A stretch of 64,000 nt of DNA from Rhizodiscina lignyota (lineage: Eukaryota): positions 620,001 to 684,000 of the forward strand of contig ML978135.1 in NCBI GenBank assembly GCA_010015805.1, read 5' to 3'. The translations under genes were made by a program, and so were the position numbers. Shown here in pieces: positions 38,130 to 53,141 of this stretch. Within the stretch, counting starts at the first letter, position 1, and each line of letters opens with the position of its first letter. Below the pieces are notes generated by a model. It was not told the DNA's origin. It was given only the letters and a program-made list of their open reading frames with translations, and did no database searches.

Positions 38130-38590
38130 AAGCGCAAGAGGGGTCCATGAGCTCTACAACGGAAGCCCCAGTCGTTTCAAACGTTTTGAAGTTTGTCACA
38201 GAGAAAGTGCCAGAAGCTTAGAATGGATACTAAAAACTGAAGTCATAAATTGTCATTCTTCTGAGGTCTGCAGGGAAAATTGCGAAAAGTGGCTTGCACG
38301 TGATGAAAATCCTCCGAACGCTCGGTCGCAACTCCGTCATTTCCACCCTTCTTCATCTGAAGCCCAGTTGCCACCACTTGCTACACACTACACTTCTCGC
38401 GTATGAGATCCATCAACTTCTCCAGAGTCATTGACTACTTCGGATCTTAACCGATGCGGCGTCCTAGATCGCATGCTTTGCTGCGTAGCCAGCCGGACTC
38501 GAATCCCAAACGATTACGTCAAAGGGGCTGCGTCTAATTATTAGCTCCATGCCACAAGGTCGATTCCACAACGGCAGAGAGGGAGCGAGT

Positions 38591-40107
38591 ATGATAAGGA
38601 GTAGATTCTTTCGTTTCGCAGCTGCCGCGTTTTTCGTCCTTGTCACATTAAAATTGATATACAATATATATCGTCCCTCCATCGCAAGATTCGTGGCTCA
38701 GATTGTTCCTGGAGCAACATGGACAGCAGTATGTCGTCGATCTTCAACATTCGTTAAATTATATTAGAGCATACTAATTTCATAATGTAGAGCAACACCG
38801 GCGAGCATATACAAGCTCATGGCGGCGGCATAGTTCATGTCGACGGCCTCTATTACTGGATTGGAGAAGACAAGTCGAAAGGGACATTCTTCCATAGCAT
38901 TAATTGTTATGTCTCAAGCGACCTCGTCGAATGGAACTATGCCGAAAGTCTGCTCACCAAGCAGAGCGACGGTGACCTGGGTCCAGACCGAATTGTCGAG
39001 CGACCTAAAGTCATCTACAACGGTCTGACACAGAAGTATGTGATGTATATGCACATTGACGATCCGAAGTACAACGAGGCCAAGGTCGGAGTGGCTACTG
39101 CCAACACCGTCTGTGGTGCGTATACCTACCATGGCAGCTTTCGTCCTCTGGATCAGGAGAGTAGGGATCTAGGGCTGTTTCAGGACTCGGACGGAAAGGG
39201 ATTCCTTCTCACTGAAGATGTAAGCCCTCTCTCTCTCTACTGTGCAAGTACGTTGTGTCTTTTCATGCACTAACGTGACCTACAGCGCCAAAATGGACTT
39301 CGCATCGACGGACTCTCCAAGGATTACCTGTCAGTTGAATCAAATGTTTACACTTGGTCTGAGAAGATTGAGTCTCCTGCATTAATCCAGCGAGAGGGTA
39401 TATACTTCATGTTCGGGAGCCATCTAACTGGATGGAGAACGAATGACAATGTCTACAGCACGGCGCCCTCTTTGAATGGCCCATGGTCTGAGTGGCGGAC
39501 GTTTGCAGAGCCTGGCAGCAATACGTACAATTCCCAAACGAATTTTGTACTATCGGTCGGAAATACTTCAATCTACATGGGCGACCGATGGGATCCAGAT
39601 AACCTGATGAGGAGTACTTACATTTGGCTGCCCCTCAATATCATCGAATCGACTGCTACAATGAGAGAACGTCGGAATTGGATGCTCGACGCTTCTGGAA
39701 GTTGGTCAGAAGGTGTTCCAGGCCCCACTTACGAAGCGGAGTCTGCAACGCTGCTAGGTGATGCAGAGGTCATTGAATGCGATGAGTGCGGCTCAGGGAA
39801 GGGCGTCGGCCACATCGAAGGGACATCCAGTGGCGTCCTCTTTTCATCCATTTCAAGCAGCACCTCGATGCGCGCGACGGTGCTGATTCACTTCTTGAAT
39901 CTCGATAGAACGCAACGATTCTGCAATGTTCGAGTCAACGGCGGTTCGCGTCAGATCGTTGCATTCTTGCCCACAGGCTCTGACGCGACAGGAACATCGT
40001 TTGCCTGTGTGCATGTTACGTTACAGAAGGGCTTTAATGATATCGAGCTCAGGGGTACGGACGGGCTGGGACCGGTTTTGGACAAAGTAGAGGTGTTATA
40101 TCCTTAG
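38591..40107 (+). CDS. GH43 exo-beta-1,3-galactanase-like enzyme (subfamily 24-like) with C-terminal CBM35/CBM6-like module
   Basis: IQAHGGG, YYWIGE, VERPKVIYN, MYMHIDD, SRDLGLFQD, ESPA, YMGDRW and the CBM start YEAESA. Two introns. Confidence 0.85.
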
Positions 40108-40713
40108 ATATCCGGTGCATCGCGAGGGCGTCTGCAGATGAATTACATTTTGTACAAAAAAAAACAGCACTCATTCGTAGGCATTATTATTTCCCGCCAG
40201 CTCCGTCTCTTGTATCCCCAAGAGAGCCGAAGGCCTGAAAAGCGTTAGTTTGGACGTAGCCTTTGCTGAGTTAAGAGAGATCAAGGCCAAGAAGATGGCT
40301 TACAGCGAGCGTCGAATTGCTTATTCAATTCCTAATCCAATGGTTTCGAGTTATTACGCGACCACTATGATGCAAGCTGCGCTGCTTAGTGAGGACCACG
40401 GGGACCCACACGTGGTGGCTGCTGCCGCGGGGCTGCGACGTCAATCTTGGAGGGGTGTTTCGAGCTCCGTCATGAAAACTTCTCAACGTCTTCAACTCCA
40501 CGCCAAGTTCTCCAACACCTTAATTTGAACGGCTCGGAACTCAATTGAGCTGTAAGCAAGTTTCTATATCTGCTATTGGCGTCTCACTCACTGTCACGAG
40601 CAGTAACTGTCAAGTACCCACCAAATTCCGCAAAGCCGCATCAGCGTGTCGGGCATCGACTCGATTCAACCTGCGATCTCCACAAGCAGTTTAAGAGTAA
40701 ATTCAGAGCCAAA

Positions 40714-42423
<1,710 letters not shown>

Positions 42424-43418
42424 GTACAGAACTCCCTACTCCCGTCTCCGGAGTGTACACAGGAACTTGGAGGGGGGAGCGATGAAGGAGGTCTGAGATG
42501 AAAATTCAGCATGACTCTCCTGATGTATCTAACTGATGCGAAACGTCCCTATTAGTGTTATGCAACAAGTTAAGATTTTGGTTCACCCCGCCTACCTGCT
42601 GCATCCTGCTATTTGGAAGCTCGTTCTCAGCGCTCCACTCTGATAGACAATCCAAAGGCATCAAGTTCATTATAGGGCAACTTCAGAGTCAACTTAGCTC
42701 AGATGGCATCCGCATTAAAAAACTTCTTATGAACACTTACTCTCTTTCTTCCGTCTGGAAATGGCTAAAGCGAAGCAGATCTACGCCAAGCTTTGTAATA
42801 TTACACTCTAATTGGAATATTGCATTAATCAGCCCTAAAACTTGATAATGCAAAACTTCCCTAGTACCTTGATGGCCAAATTCTAGTTCGACTTCGTCTG
42901 TCTCCTTTTTCGTCCATTTCAGCCGCTACAGTCCCAGAGAGTATCATCAGACTCTATACAACTTGATACCAAATGTTCAATTATTGAACTTACCACAGCT
43001 ATGAGTTTAATTGGCATGTTCACGTCACAGTATGCCGGAACCCTAGCTCCGAAAAATCCTCTCGGAGGGGTTGCGTTACGATGTAAGTTTGTTACAGATG
43101 AAACTCAATTTTCAATGCCTCAGCTGTCCAAAATCTGTATCATGAGGCCAACGTATTACTCAACTCTACTTTACCGCTCTTCTCTGAACTTTGTATAAGC
43201 TCTGGCCAGTGTGGTCATTCAAAAGAAGGCGAGCGAGAAACCCATAGCGGTGTCAAACAGCAACGGCCCGTCGATACCGTCAGACACGTCACTACGTGCA
43301 GTATCCCGCTCCGTGTCACTGCTTTACCTCCTTCATTTTCATCTGTTTGTGCTTTTCATCAGCAATATCTCTCCCACAGAGGACCCTATGCGATAAAGCC
43401 TCTTCCTTGTCGAACATC

Positions 43419-44978
43419 ATGTTTAAGCCCATGAATATCCATCTAAGCCTCCCTCGTCTCACGCCAACGCAGCGGCTATGCATCGTTATTGCAATATCGT
43501 TCTCATTCTTCGCTGCGGAAATTTCAGGTATGAGTAGCACTGATACTTGGCTGTTTTGGTTGCTGATGAGTAGAAGTGGGCTTTTACACAAGATCTCTGG
43601 CGTTAATCGCTGATGCTTTTCATTATGTATGACACCGCAGGCTATAGATGGTGCTTCAGACGTCTAACTATTAATATAGCTCAATGACTTGGTCGGATTT
43701 ATCGTGGCTCTGGGCGCAATTCAGGTACAGTGCTCCGCCGTTTCAAAATTCTCCAGCACGCTGACTGCATACATAGATATCGAACCATGGAAGGTCTCCG
43801 AAAGGGTTTTCTTTTGGTTGGCAACGTGCTCAACTGCTCGGCGCCTTCTTCAACGGTGTCTTCCTCGCTGCTCTTGGGCTGAGCATCTTTCTGCAGGCCC
43901 TGGAACGCTTTGTTTCCTTGCAGAGTGGGTCTCTGCCTCAGCCATTATCTGTAAAACGTTTTGCTCACATCGTTCATAGAAGTTCAGCAGCCAAAGCTGG
44001 TTCTCATTGTTGGGGCCGTCGGGCTCGCACTCAATCTTATCAGTGCGGCATTCTTGCACGGTGCGTTCAGTCACTTGCAATTCCGCCCAGATACTGATAA
44101 TAAAGCCAGATCACGGTAATGATCATGGACATGGCCACAGCAACGTCCAGCAGCCCACTGCGTCTCCCGTGGGCGATGAATATCCAGGTGCAATGGAGGC
44201 GGCGGACCTCTCATTCAACGCTCCGGTAAGCTCTACAAGTCTGCTCTCAAATCACCAACAACTAATCTTACCTACTCTATAGGGCCTAGGTGTACATGCG
44301 AATCACTACCATACCATGAATACGGCAGTAGGTACTCCGGGTCGCGATCTAGGCATGCTCGGCGTTTTCCTGCATGTAATTGGCGATGCAGTCAACAATA
44401 TAGGCGTCATCATCTCGGGCGCGGCGATCTGGTTTGGCAAGACCGATGCAAGATATTACGCGGATCCTGCCATTAGCATGGGTATCAGCTTCATGATCCT
44501 CGCCACATCGATCCCGCTTGTGAAGAATAGCGGTCGCATTCTTCTTCAGAGCAGTCCAGCTGGAGTTGACCTTGACGAAGTCAAAGCAGACCTGGAGGAT
44601 TTGAAAGGTGTATCTTCAGTGCATGAACTCCACATTTGGCGACTCAATCAGCAGAAGACAATCGCGTCAGCGCATGTTGTCACCGAGGACGACTCTCTCG
44701 AAGGGTTCATTCAGCGAGCCAAAGTTATTGGCGAATGCTTGCATCAGTACGGTGTTCATTCTTACACACTGCAACCAGAGCCAAAGCTATTACTACAAGT
44801 ACAAGCTCAGGCCGATACCGGCGATCAAATTAGACGTGCTCCTCTAGAGAACACGGTGAAATGCGATGGGAATAAAATTGAGATGGGCGAGCTGAGGCAA
44901 CGGCAATCGAAAGAGGGACCGTGCAGACTGAAGTGTGAGGAAGATGCTTGCAAAGACTTACAATGTTGTGATGAATGA
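43419..44978 (+). CDS. Cation diffusion facilitator zinc transporter (Zrc1/Cot1-like), multi-exon
   Basis: SLALIADAFH, FSFGWQRAQLLGAFFNG, a His-rich loop, LHVIGDA, YADP and VHELHIW. Confidence 0.9.
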
Positions 44979-45340
44979 GGTAAGGTCTGGTGGAGAAGGG
45001 TTAGGGGGAAACTTCGGTCAATTTGCTGAGTCTGCGCAAGTTGCTTGTATGGATCCCGCGGACCATCGAATGAATCTTCCGCGGGCAAGGATTTCATTAT
45101 ACATACCATGGAGTGCTTATTTTCTCTGCTAAAAACACTTGTCAAATTCGCTACTCTCTTTGTTAACGTGTCCTCAAGAACGTCGCTGTTATAGATCCAT
45201 TCACGAAGACATTTGAAAGAAACAAAAAGGTATACAGGAAAATGGCGAGGCTACAATGTCTCTTCCTTCCTCTGTTACGCATCGTGCTTTCAGGACTTAC
45301 CTAAGCTCTTCAAAGAGATATCGTACGTCTTTAGCCCCCG

Positions 45341-45619
45341 ATGACAAGAATAAGCACCTCAACATCTACCTACTCCGGCATGCAGCCCCATACGTGTGCA
45401 GACTCGCCTGAAGACGGGGAGTGCTATGAAACGCTGCTGGGCACGTCGAGGGTGCGGGCAGTGGCGTGGCTCCTTATTCAACATAAGACCCAGTTTAAGG
45501 GCAATAGTATCAGAGAAATCACGTCTTTCTATGATACGAGAGGAGAGAAGACCGCATATGGCCTGTGCATTGACATTGGGAAGGTAGACCTCGTGGACGT
45601 GGCCGAACTTGAGGGATGA
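45341..45619 (+). pseudogene. C-terminal fragment of a conserved ascomycete hypothetical protein family
   Basis: TLLGTSRVRAVAWLLIQHKTQFKGNSIREIT resembles a recurrent fungal motif recalled as LLGTPNGxxxAWLLxQHK. No N-terminal part is evident. Confidence 0.35.
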
Positions 45620-46235
45620 GGGAATTTGTGGGCTTTGCAGATTCCAAATTTGAGAGATGAGGCTGCTGATGAGATCGAGGATGAATTTGAGAGAGACAGA
45701 AGTTGGGATATACTTAGAGCAAGGACTGAATAGAGAAATGATTGCAGCCAAAGAAGTTAACATTGGAAAAAGCTTTCGACTTGTTTGTGATCGGGATGCT
45801 TTATCCTTTTCAATGTAGAAATCATGCGCAGCTTTCAAGGCATTAAGCGTCTATGACGTGTAGCCGCTGTATTCAACAAACCGTACAAATTTTCAATGGG
45901 TTTTCACAGATACTCCAGTCTCGCTTGCCTTGAAGTACAACAACAGCTCAAGCATAAACATCACAGTGTGCCCGACGGCTACCTGTTTTGTCACGTTTGA
46001 GGAGGTCCAGACCCAAATACCTAGTTATCGAAGCGAAGCGTCGCCCCCATTACCCCTTTGCAGCCACCACTTCAAGCTTGGCGTTGAAGGGGCTGAATGT
46101 CTTGCAGATCTTTCGCTTCGAATCAGCCACATCAACCTCCACTGTCAAGCGCTATATGCGCTAGATTTAAGACACTCTTTCACTTCCTACTTTCCTTTGC
46201 GCTCGTTCTGCTTCTTAATGATTTATTGTCTCGCA

Positions 46236-47285
46236 ATGTCTGGGCGGCGGCAATTCTCATGCTACTTCTCCGTCCATCTCCTCGTTCTCGTCACTCTCAC
46301 CTTTTGCACATCTCTGACCACTGCGTTGGAAAATGACCAACAGGCAATTCCGGACGCCGGCCACCTCCAACAAGGTGGCTCGCGAACCTCTGTCACGCCC
46401 TCTCCCTCTGCGTACAAAGTCGGCGACCCCGTCCCGGTGACATGTCTCAATCGCACAACCGACACTGGCGAGCACGTCGAAGACGAAACCACCGGGCAAC
46501 TCCAATACATCCCCTTCCCCACATGCCTCGAGACGAAGCGGCCGCTTGCATTCGCCTTCGGCGTAGAGCGCGACATGAACTGCACGATTGACTTCCTGTC
46601 CGACGAGCTCTACCACCTGATCGAGTTCTACATCCACAACGACGCGCCGCTGACGTGCCGAATACCCTCGCGCCCACTGCCGGGCAGCTTCAAAAACCTC
46701 TGGGATACAAAGCTATTTCCCTTGGATGGCGAGGAGTCGATTTTGTACACGCCGTTTACAATAAGCTTGAACGGCATGCTGCAGCTTTCGCATCTGCACA
46801 TTGCGAACAACATCAACGTCCTGATACATGCGGCGCCGCGTTCAATTGCGCCAGGAACCATTGATGCCGCAACGGCGTATTCGGTTTCGCCATCCGATCA
46901 GACGCGTGCGCAGTTGCAGAAGGTTATCATTGGCGATTCACTGCCCCTGCATCTCTCAGTGCGATGGTACCCCGATACACGACTCCCACCAGTATGGAAG
47001 GGCATAGGCGGACACTTTTACATTTCGACGTTATTTTACTGTCTTCTGAGCGCAGGAGCGAGCGCGGCGATTTGTGTCAGTTATTTCAGAGGCGTGGAAC
47101 TTCCCCGGAGGTTGAAGAGCTACGGAAAGGATAAACTGGGAGCAAGCTGGAGAAGAGTCAGTTGGCTGGGTGGAAAGGGGAGAAGAGGATCGAACGGTGG
47201 TTTGGTAAGATACAATGGGTATGGATACGGCATTGGCACTGGAGGTAGCGGAAATGGGTTCGCAAATGGCGGGAAGATAGAGTAG
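46236..47285 (+). CDS. Conserved fungal membrane protein (signal peptide, lumenal Cys domain, C-terminal TM)
   Basis: Long intronless ORF with an N-terminal hydrophobic segment, CLNRT..GEH, YIPFPTC, TM segment TLFYCLLSAGASAAICVSYF and a Gly-rich tail. Confidence 0.75.
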   Translation: MSGRRQFSCYFSVHLLVLVTLTFCTSLTTALENDQQAIPDAGHLQQGGSRTSVTPSPSAYKVGDPVPVTCLNRTTDTGEHVEDETTGQLQYIPFPTCLETKRPLAFAFGVERDMNCTIDFLSDELYHLIEFYIHNDAPLTCRIPSRPLPGSFKNLWDTKLFPLDGEESILYTPFTISLNGMLQLSHLHIANNINVLIHAAPRSIAPGTIDAATAYSVSPSDQTRAQLQKVIIGDSLPLHLSVRWYPDTRLPPVWKGIGGHFYISTLFYCLLSAGASAAICVSYFRGVELPRRLKSYGKDKLGASWRRVSWLGGKGRRGSNGGLVRYNGYGYGIGTGGSGNGFANGGKIE

Positions 47286-47731
47286 AAAGAAGCTGTGAAG
47301 TGGTACTGGTACTAGTATATTTCGATCAGTCCTTATATCGAACATGGAGTTTGCTTGGTGTATGAGAATACAAGGTACGGACGGGATTGGAAAGATTGGA
47401 GGCGAACACGTTTGCATGGTTAGGCGTTTTAGTATACCTTTGACAGCATTTTGAATTTGTATATACCCACTGGACGCTGGAGTTCGCCGGATGCAATTGA
47501 AACAATTGAAACAACCGACACCCATCTTCACTATACTAAATACTCCCATACAAATTTATCCTGGTGCTCATCATTGCGGGGACCTCGGCCCCGCCGGCAT
47601 GAGCTCCAAATGGGAATTCTCCATCCCTCGATCTTTAACCACGACTCATCCACAACCATGGCCTCCAGACAGTCTCAATTACCCTCTTTTCTCTCTTCCC
47701 TGTCATTCCACAATCTCATAACTCTATCAGA

Positions 47732-48655
47732 ATGGCCCCCTTAAGCTGGACGCCGAGTTTCTCAACTCGCCCTCCTTCGACCAAATACTGCCTCCTCTCC
47801 TACCCAGCGCCAAACATCCTCCTCGTGACGCTCAATCGTCCAAAAGAACTCAATTGCATGAACTCAGAGGGCCAGCATGAGCTCGAGGCGGTATGGCGAT
47901 GGCTAGACGAAGAACCAACGCTCAGCGTGGGTATCATCACCGGCGCGGGGAGGGCGTTCAGCGCGGGAGCAGACCTGAAAGGTTAATATCCCTCCCTCCC
48001 CTGGCTATCGAAAGGCCTCTTGTCTTATATCCTCGCAGAACGCAACAAGCGCTTCTCGAACCATGACGTAAAACTCCCCACCCCAACCTGGGGTTCCGCC
48101 GGCCTCTCGCGCCGCACGGGACTGAAGCCCGTCATTGCGGCGGTCAACGGCCTCGCGTTCGGCGGCGGCACCGAGGCCATCACGAACTGCGACATGGTGA
48201 TCGCCGCGTCGACGGCGTCGTTCTGCCTCCCGGAAGTCAAGCGTGGCCTCGTCCCGTTCGGAGGCGCGCCGCCGCGATTGATGCGCACCGTGGGCCGACA
48301 GCGCGCGATGGAGATGGTACTAACGGGGCGGGTTATCCCCGCGCCAGAGGCCGAGCGGTGGGGGCTGGTGAACCAGATCGTGGAGATCAAGCCGGAGGAG
48401 AAGGGGAAGGAGGGGGAGAAGGTGGTTGCTGCGGCGGTGCAGATGGCGCAGATGATTGCAGAGAATAGCCCCGATGCTATCATTGTGGCGAGGCAGGGCG
48501 TTGCGATGGGGTGGGAGAGCGCAGGCGCGGAGGAGGGCACGAGGTTATGGACGGAGAGATGGTCTGGGTGGCTGCACAAAGGGGAGAATATGAAAGAGGG
48601 CGTGAGGGCGTTTGTGGAGAAGAGGAAGCCTAGGTGGAAGAGGCCGAAGTTGTAG
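47732..48655 (+). CDS. Enoyl-CoA hydratase/isomerase (crotonase family), 2 exons
   Basis: TLNRPKELN, AFSAGADLK, KPVIAAVNGLAFGGG, LPEVKRG and EGVRAFVEKR. The C-terminal PKL may be PTS1-like. Confidence 0.92.
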
Positions 48656-49402
48656 GTTAAGTCGTTGGGGCAAGCATCTCAGAGATTCGTCTCGTTTCAA
48701 CCCAGTGATGATGGTCTTCCACAGACGAGGACTCTCTGCACCGTTCACTTTTGATGAAATTGCAGTGAATTACTGTAGTTAGGTATGACTTCCAGAGAGC
48801 CCATCGCTGGTGCTGTAGATACTGAGCTACGATCGTGCCACAAGGCGACAAGGTTTTGCAGAGGACTGTGAGTATTAGTGGGGACAGTGGACATCATCTT
48901 TATAGACCGCGACTCTTATCTATTTCAATGCTATACGGGCTAACGCCTGCATGAGCAGGATCAAGGTAGAGGCAAGTACGCACTGTGATGCTTCGTCTAG
49001 TATTGTATGAGAGGTGGTTTTTGAGGATCTTGTGTCTACTCTGTAGGCATATCCCTCGGGTCAAGTCCTTACTCACCGTATCATTCCAGAGGAGAGATTT
49101 TCAAATTATTTTCATTTCGATATCTCACACGAGAGTGGAGCCGCTCGAGTTCTGGTCATGTCCGCCATAGTTGCAATCTCAGCCATCCCCAAAAACCAAG
49201 GAATTGAAACCGAAGAACCACCATTTTCGGAATATCTCATGATTCCGCAAAGCAAAGTCATTAGCATCGTTTCTCGTTTCATTCCAGCAACATCCAGCCT
49301 AGCAGCAATTCCTCTCCGGACAGTAAAAAAATACCTTGCCCTTGTTAAACAAGTACCAGCTTGTCCTAGTATCTCGTCTCTCATCTCCTGCCCAATCACT
49401 CA

Positions 49403-51108
49403 TTAAGCCTGCCTCTCACTTCCTGTCCCAGTACCAGGACTCGGATACGGTCCTCTATTGCCACCGATATTATCGCGACCATACGCACTCCTCTCATCTT
49501 CCCACACAGGGAAACCTTCTGGTGGCTGTGAGTCGCCTCCAGCCTGCTGCTGGTTTCGTGCATACTCCGCCAAGCTGCCATTGATGCCCGCAAGCGCCCA
49601 CGCAAACACCGCCACGTCGCGGATCGAATTGAACAAATCCTCCGCCGGCGGGCCGCCTGGTCGTGGTGCAATGCCTGAACCCGTGTATGCAGGGACCGCC
49701 ACAGGAATGGCCGGTGGCTGAGCGTATCCGGGACGGATAGGATGGAATTGGTAACCTGGACGCGCGGGTGCGAAGACGGGGTCGACGGCCCAGGGTGCGG
49801 CGAAGATGCCGGCTGGGTGCTGGGCGGGCGGTTGCTGGACAGCCTGCGGAACAAGAGGACGCGCCTTGCGAAGGCAGACGACGAGGCCATCGGAGGTGCA
49901 CGACACGACTGCTTCGAGCTCGATGGGGCCGGGGTCTGTGGTGCGGGTGGATGTCGCAGCCGAATCTGGGGAGGTTGGGAGGGAGCTGTTGGATGAGGAG
50001 TTGCGAGTGAGTCCAGATGGTGCCCGCGCCTGCGCAGCGAAGCCGGCGGGAGTTGATGAGTTGTCTGAAGACGTTCGGGAAGTGGAGGTCGGGTTAGGGT
50101 TAGGGCCGCGCGGCGGTGGTTGGAGACTCGAAGATGAGGCAGCCGGCATGGTCGAGGACGCCGTACCGGTCGTGTTAGAGCGCCGTTCTGGCGTAGTGGT
50201 GTCGCCAGATGTTGTACCATGCCCATCCTCATCGGCTTCGCTGGCTGCATCTGTCATGCTCGCATCGGTATCCGTTTCATCCTCGGTGGTATCATGATCG
50301 GCTTGATCAGCAGTCCTGGGGTCACGGAAGAAGAAGCGTAGATAGGCAATGGAGTCGTTGCCTTTCGCGCTCTCCAAGCATCGAACAGCGTCATCTAGGC
50401 AGTTCTCCTGGATGCAGTAATAGAAGCTTTTACCCTTCATCTCTTCTCCAGAAATGCCAATGATCTGCTCGATGCCCGAAGTTGCGTACATAATCGTCAA
50501 GGTACGGGTGAACCGGTTCAGGAAGAGCGCTGCTCGAGGCTCATGGGTCTGATCTCTTGGAGTCATGTTGAACTTGCTCGAGAGATGCGACAACATGTGA
50601 TAGCGCGGGTCCTTGGGAGAAGAAGAAAAGAGTCGGCGCACAACAGGCGCCTCCACAGCGCGGTCTGTCTGCTGTATCAGCAACAAGAATGTTCTTAAGG
50701 GCGGCAGATGGACAAGACGTACTGTGGCTGGTCATACCCCTCCGGTAGATACTGGTACACACAACCATGACATCGTACACGATAGAAAAGCAACATTCGC
50801 ACCAAACCCATAGACCCTGTCTGTTCCTCAGCTGGCAGTAGGATAGCACGGCGGCCTTGTCAAGGTTGACGCCACGTGAGTGAAGCTCCTTGGCCAGTGG
50901 AAGCTCATCTGGATGAAAAAAGTCCCAGCAGGACCTGTGGAGGACCTCATCAGGGGTGTGCCCGAGAATATCGACAATGGAGTCGGAGGAATAGAGGATG
51001 CGGGCATCGTTGGAGAGGTCTGTACAGAACAATATCATAAGCTTCGAAGATCTGATAAGATCATCATCTGCAGAACTAACCATGAATCGTGATGAACGTG
51101 GTGTCCAT
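49403..51108 (-). CDS. Fungal tandem-PAS domain protein, 3 exons
   Basis: MDTTFITIH|DLSNDARILYSSDSIVDILG..FFHPDE, a second PAS (LNRFTRTLTIMYAT...SIAYLRF) and VVSCTSDGLVVCLR. Confidence 0.85.
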
Positions 51109-53141
51109 GACTTTTGATTGTAAATCAACAATTTCTAAAGAGAACCGAAAGAGGAATTCGCCGTGGCCGCGAGAGAATATAAATTTTACGTCTTTTTACA
51201 CACAGTGGCGATGGTACGTCAAAATGATGTGAGTCTCAAGGAAAATTCACAGTGGGCCTGTGTAACGTGTGGTGAGCAACCTCCTGTTCTTGCTGGACCC
51301 GCGAAATAGGTTGGGCCGCTCTGGTGTGAGGTCTGGTCTGGGTGTGCAACGCTTCTGCCTGGCCCTGGAGACCTAATAGCCTCAGAGTTGGCAAATAACT
51401 TTAGCCGAGTTGAAACAAGGTATGAATTCGAAGATGGGTCGATCGAGGCCGAGCAGACGGTTGAGCCTCGAACAATCGATGCAATTGGTCGCACAATGCG
51501 CTGATAGGCAAGTGGACGAAGAAGTCTCTGATACTGTCAGCAAGTTCTCTTGATGCTCCGAGGTGACGAGTGAAATATATGTGCAGGAGGATTTAAAGTT
51601 GTAGTGCTCCACAAGGGTACCACGCGGGAAGTTGGGGGCGAGTTTGGTTGTCAGGTTGGCGGCCAGGTCGCGTGTCGTGCAGATGGCACAACCGGCCAGC
51701 GGGCCGGTATGCGAGGAGTATCAAGGTTGGAAAGCGAAGGGCAGGAATCCCGTCGGGCGCTCTGTATACGAGGGATCGAGCCAAAACCGGAATATTGACT
51801 TACCAGCCACACGCGTCGCGCTTTGGCGGCGCGCGACTTGGATGATGGAATTGGAAATGCAATTGAACGGCGCAGCCACCAGCAGGCAAATCACGAGAGT
51901 GTTGAACAGCTAAAGGAAACGCTGGCTTCGTATATGAGGCTCATGAAGCTCCCGCGGTGCATCGATTGGGCATGTTCCGGTGTCGAGGTAAGAGGCGAGT
52001 GTGAAAGGATGACAGCATGAACGGCAAACTGCAGGTGAGTCTAGCGACGCAGGGTTCTCCAGTGAGCTGCTGCAGGCATGCTTGCTCGGACGTGCCACTG
52101 GAAAGGATGGAAGCAGGGTGCGTAGGACTTCTGGTTGTATTGCTCAAGGGTGTATCGTAGGGGTTGTGCCTCCGGCGGGCAGAAGACGAGGGTGGCCGTG
52201 ATGAGAGCCCGGGGAGCCTGCAGCGCCATTGACGCAAGTTTGGCTGGCCCAATTGCACGGAGCTCAAGGCCAGCCGCGTGTCCGCCGCTGTCCAGAACAT
52301 GTAGCTTGATGGGACGTACTGAGCATTTGGTCACTCTGCTCCGTACGCTCTGCCAGCTTGCAGCATCATGCGGCTGCAGTGCGACCAGCCAATTCGCAAC
52401 GGTTCTCACGCTACCCAACGGTACCACGCTCCGGTGCAAAAGCCACGCGCTGTGGGAACAGCGCGCCGGTCCTCACACGGCCTCCTCGACTCCTCCGCGC
52501 GCGTCGTCACTTTCTTCGCGGTGTGGAGCCGAGGGCGCGGGCGAGCCAGCGGGAATGACGTTCGATGCCAGGCGCAGCCAATCAGCAGATCGCTTCACCA
52601 CACCGGGCCTGCTCCTCTGTCCACACAGCAGCAGCATGAACAACGTCCACTCCCAATTCTACGAGAAGCGCCGCGAAGCGAGGGCGTCGCTGCACACAGC
52701 CGAAGGCACAGCCAAAAGCAATATCTCTGCCGCTCCATTCGTGCACAAACAACCCCGCCGCACGCAGAAGCAGAGACGTTGGGTGCGCCTCTGGGCCCTG
52801 CAGCGGCTTCAATCCTGCCTGCAGCCGCGTCTAACCATCAACCTCTACGCGCTCTTATCCCACAGCGTCCATCGTCGATCTTCTGCAGGCGCCTTGCCTC
52901 GACAATTCCAAACCTGGCTCTCTTCAGCCAGCCATCGACGCGGCCGAGGTAGCACCGTGGCACATCACGATTGTTTCCCGCGGAGCAAAGTGTGCAATTG
53001 CAAGGGCGCCCAACGCTCCTCCAGCCAAAAGCACTCCGAAAATCTTCGCACCACGCCCGCCAATTGCAACAGCCTTTACGCCTAATCCGGGACTCTTGGC
53101 CTTTGCCGAAGGCAAGTTCCATGCTGAGGCGTTCGTAAGAG

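Noticed and set aside
16808..40107. PL4, GH5 and GH43 as a CAZyme cluster
   Set aside because: They are separated by unrelated housekeeping and accessory genes, and no shared motif was seen.
50091..50106. GGGTTAGGGTTAGGG telomere-like tract
   Set aside because: It encodes PNPNP within the PAS protein linker on the minus strand.
52135..53085. 316-aa plus-strand ORF
   Set aside because: It starts at a non-ATG codon, has Ala/Arg/Ser-rich composition typical of GC-rich non-coding DNA, and shows no domain.
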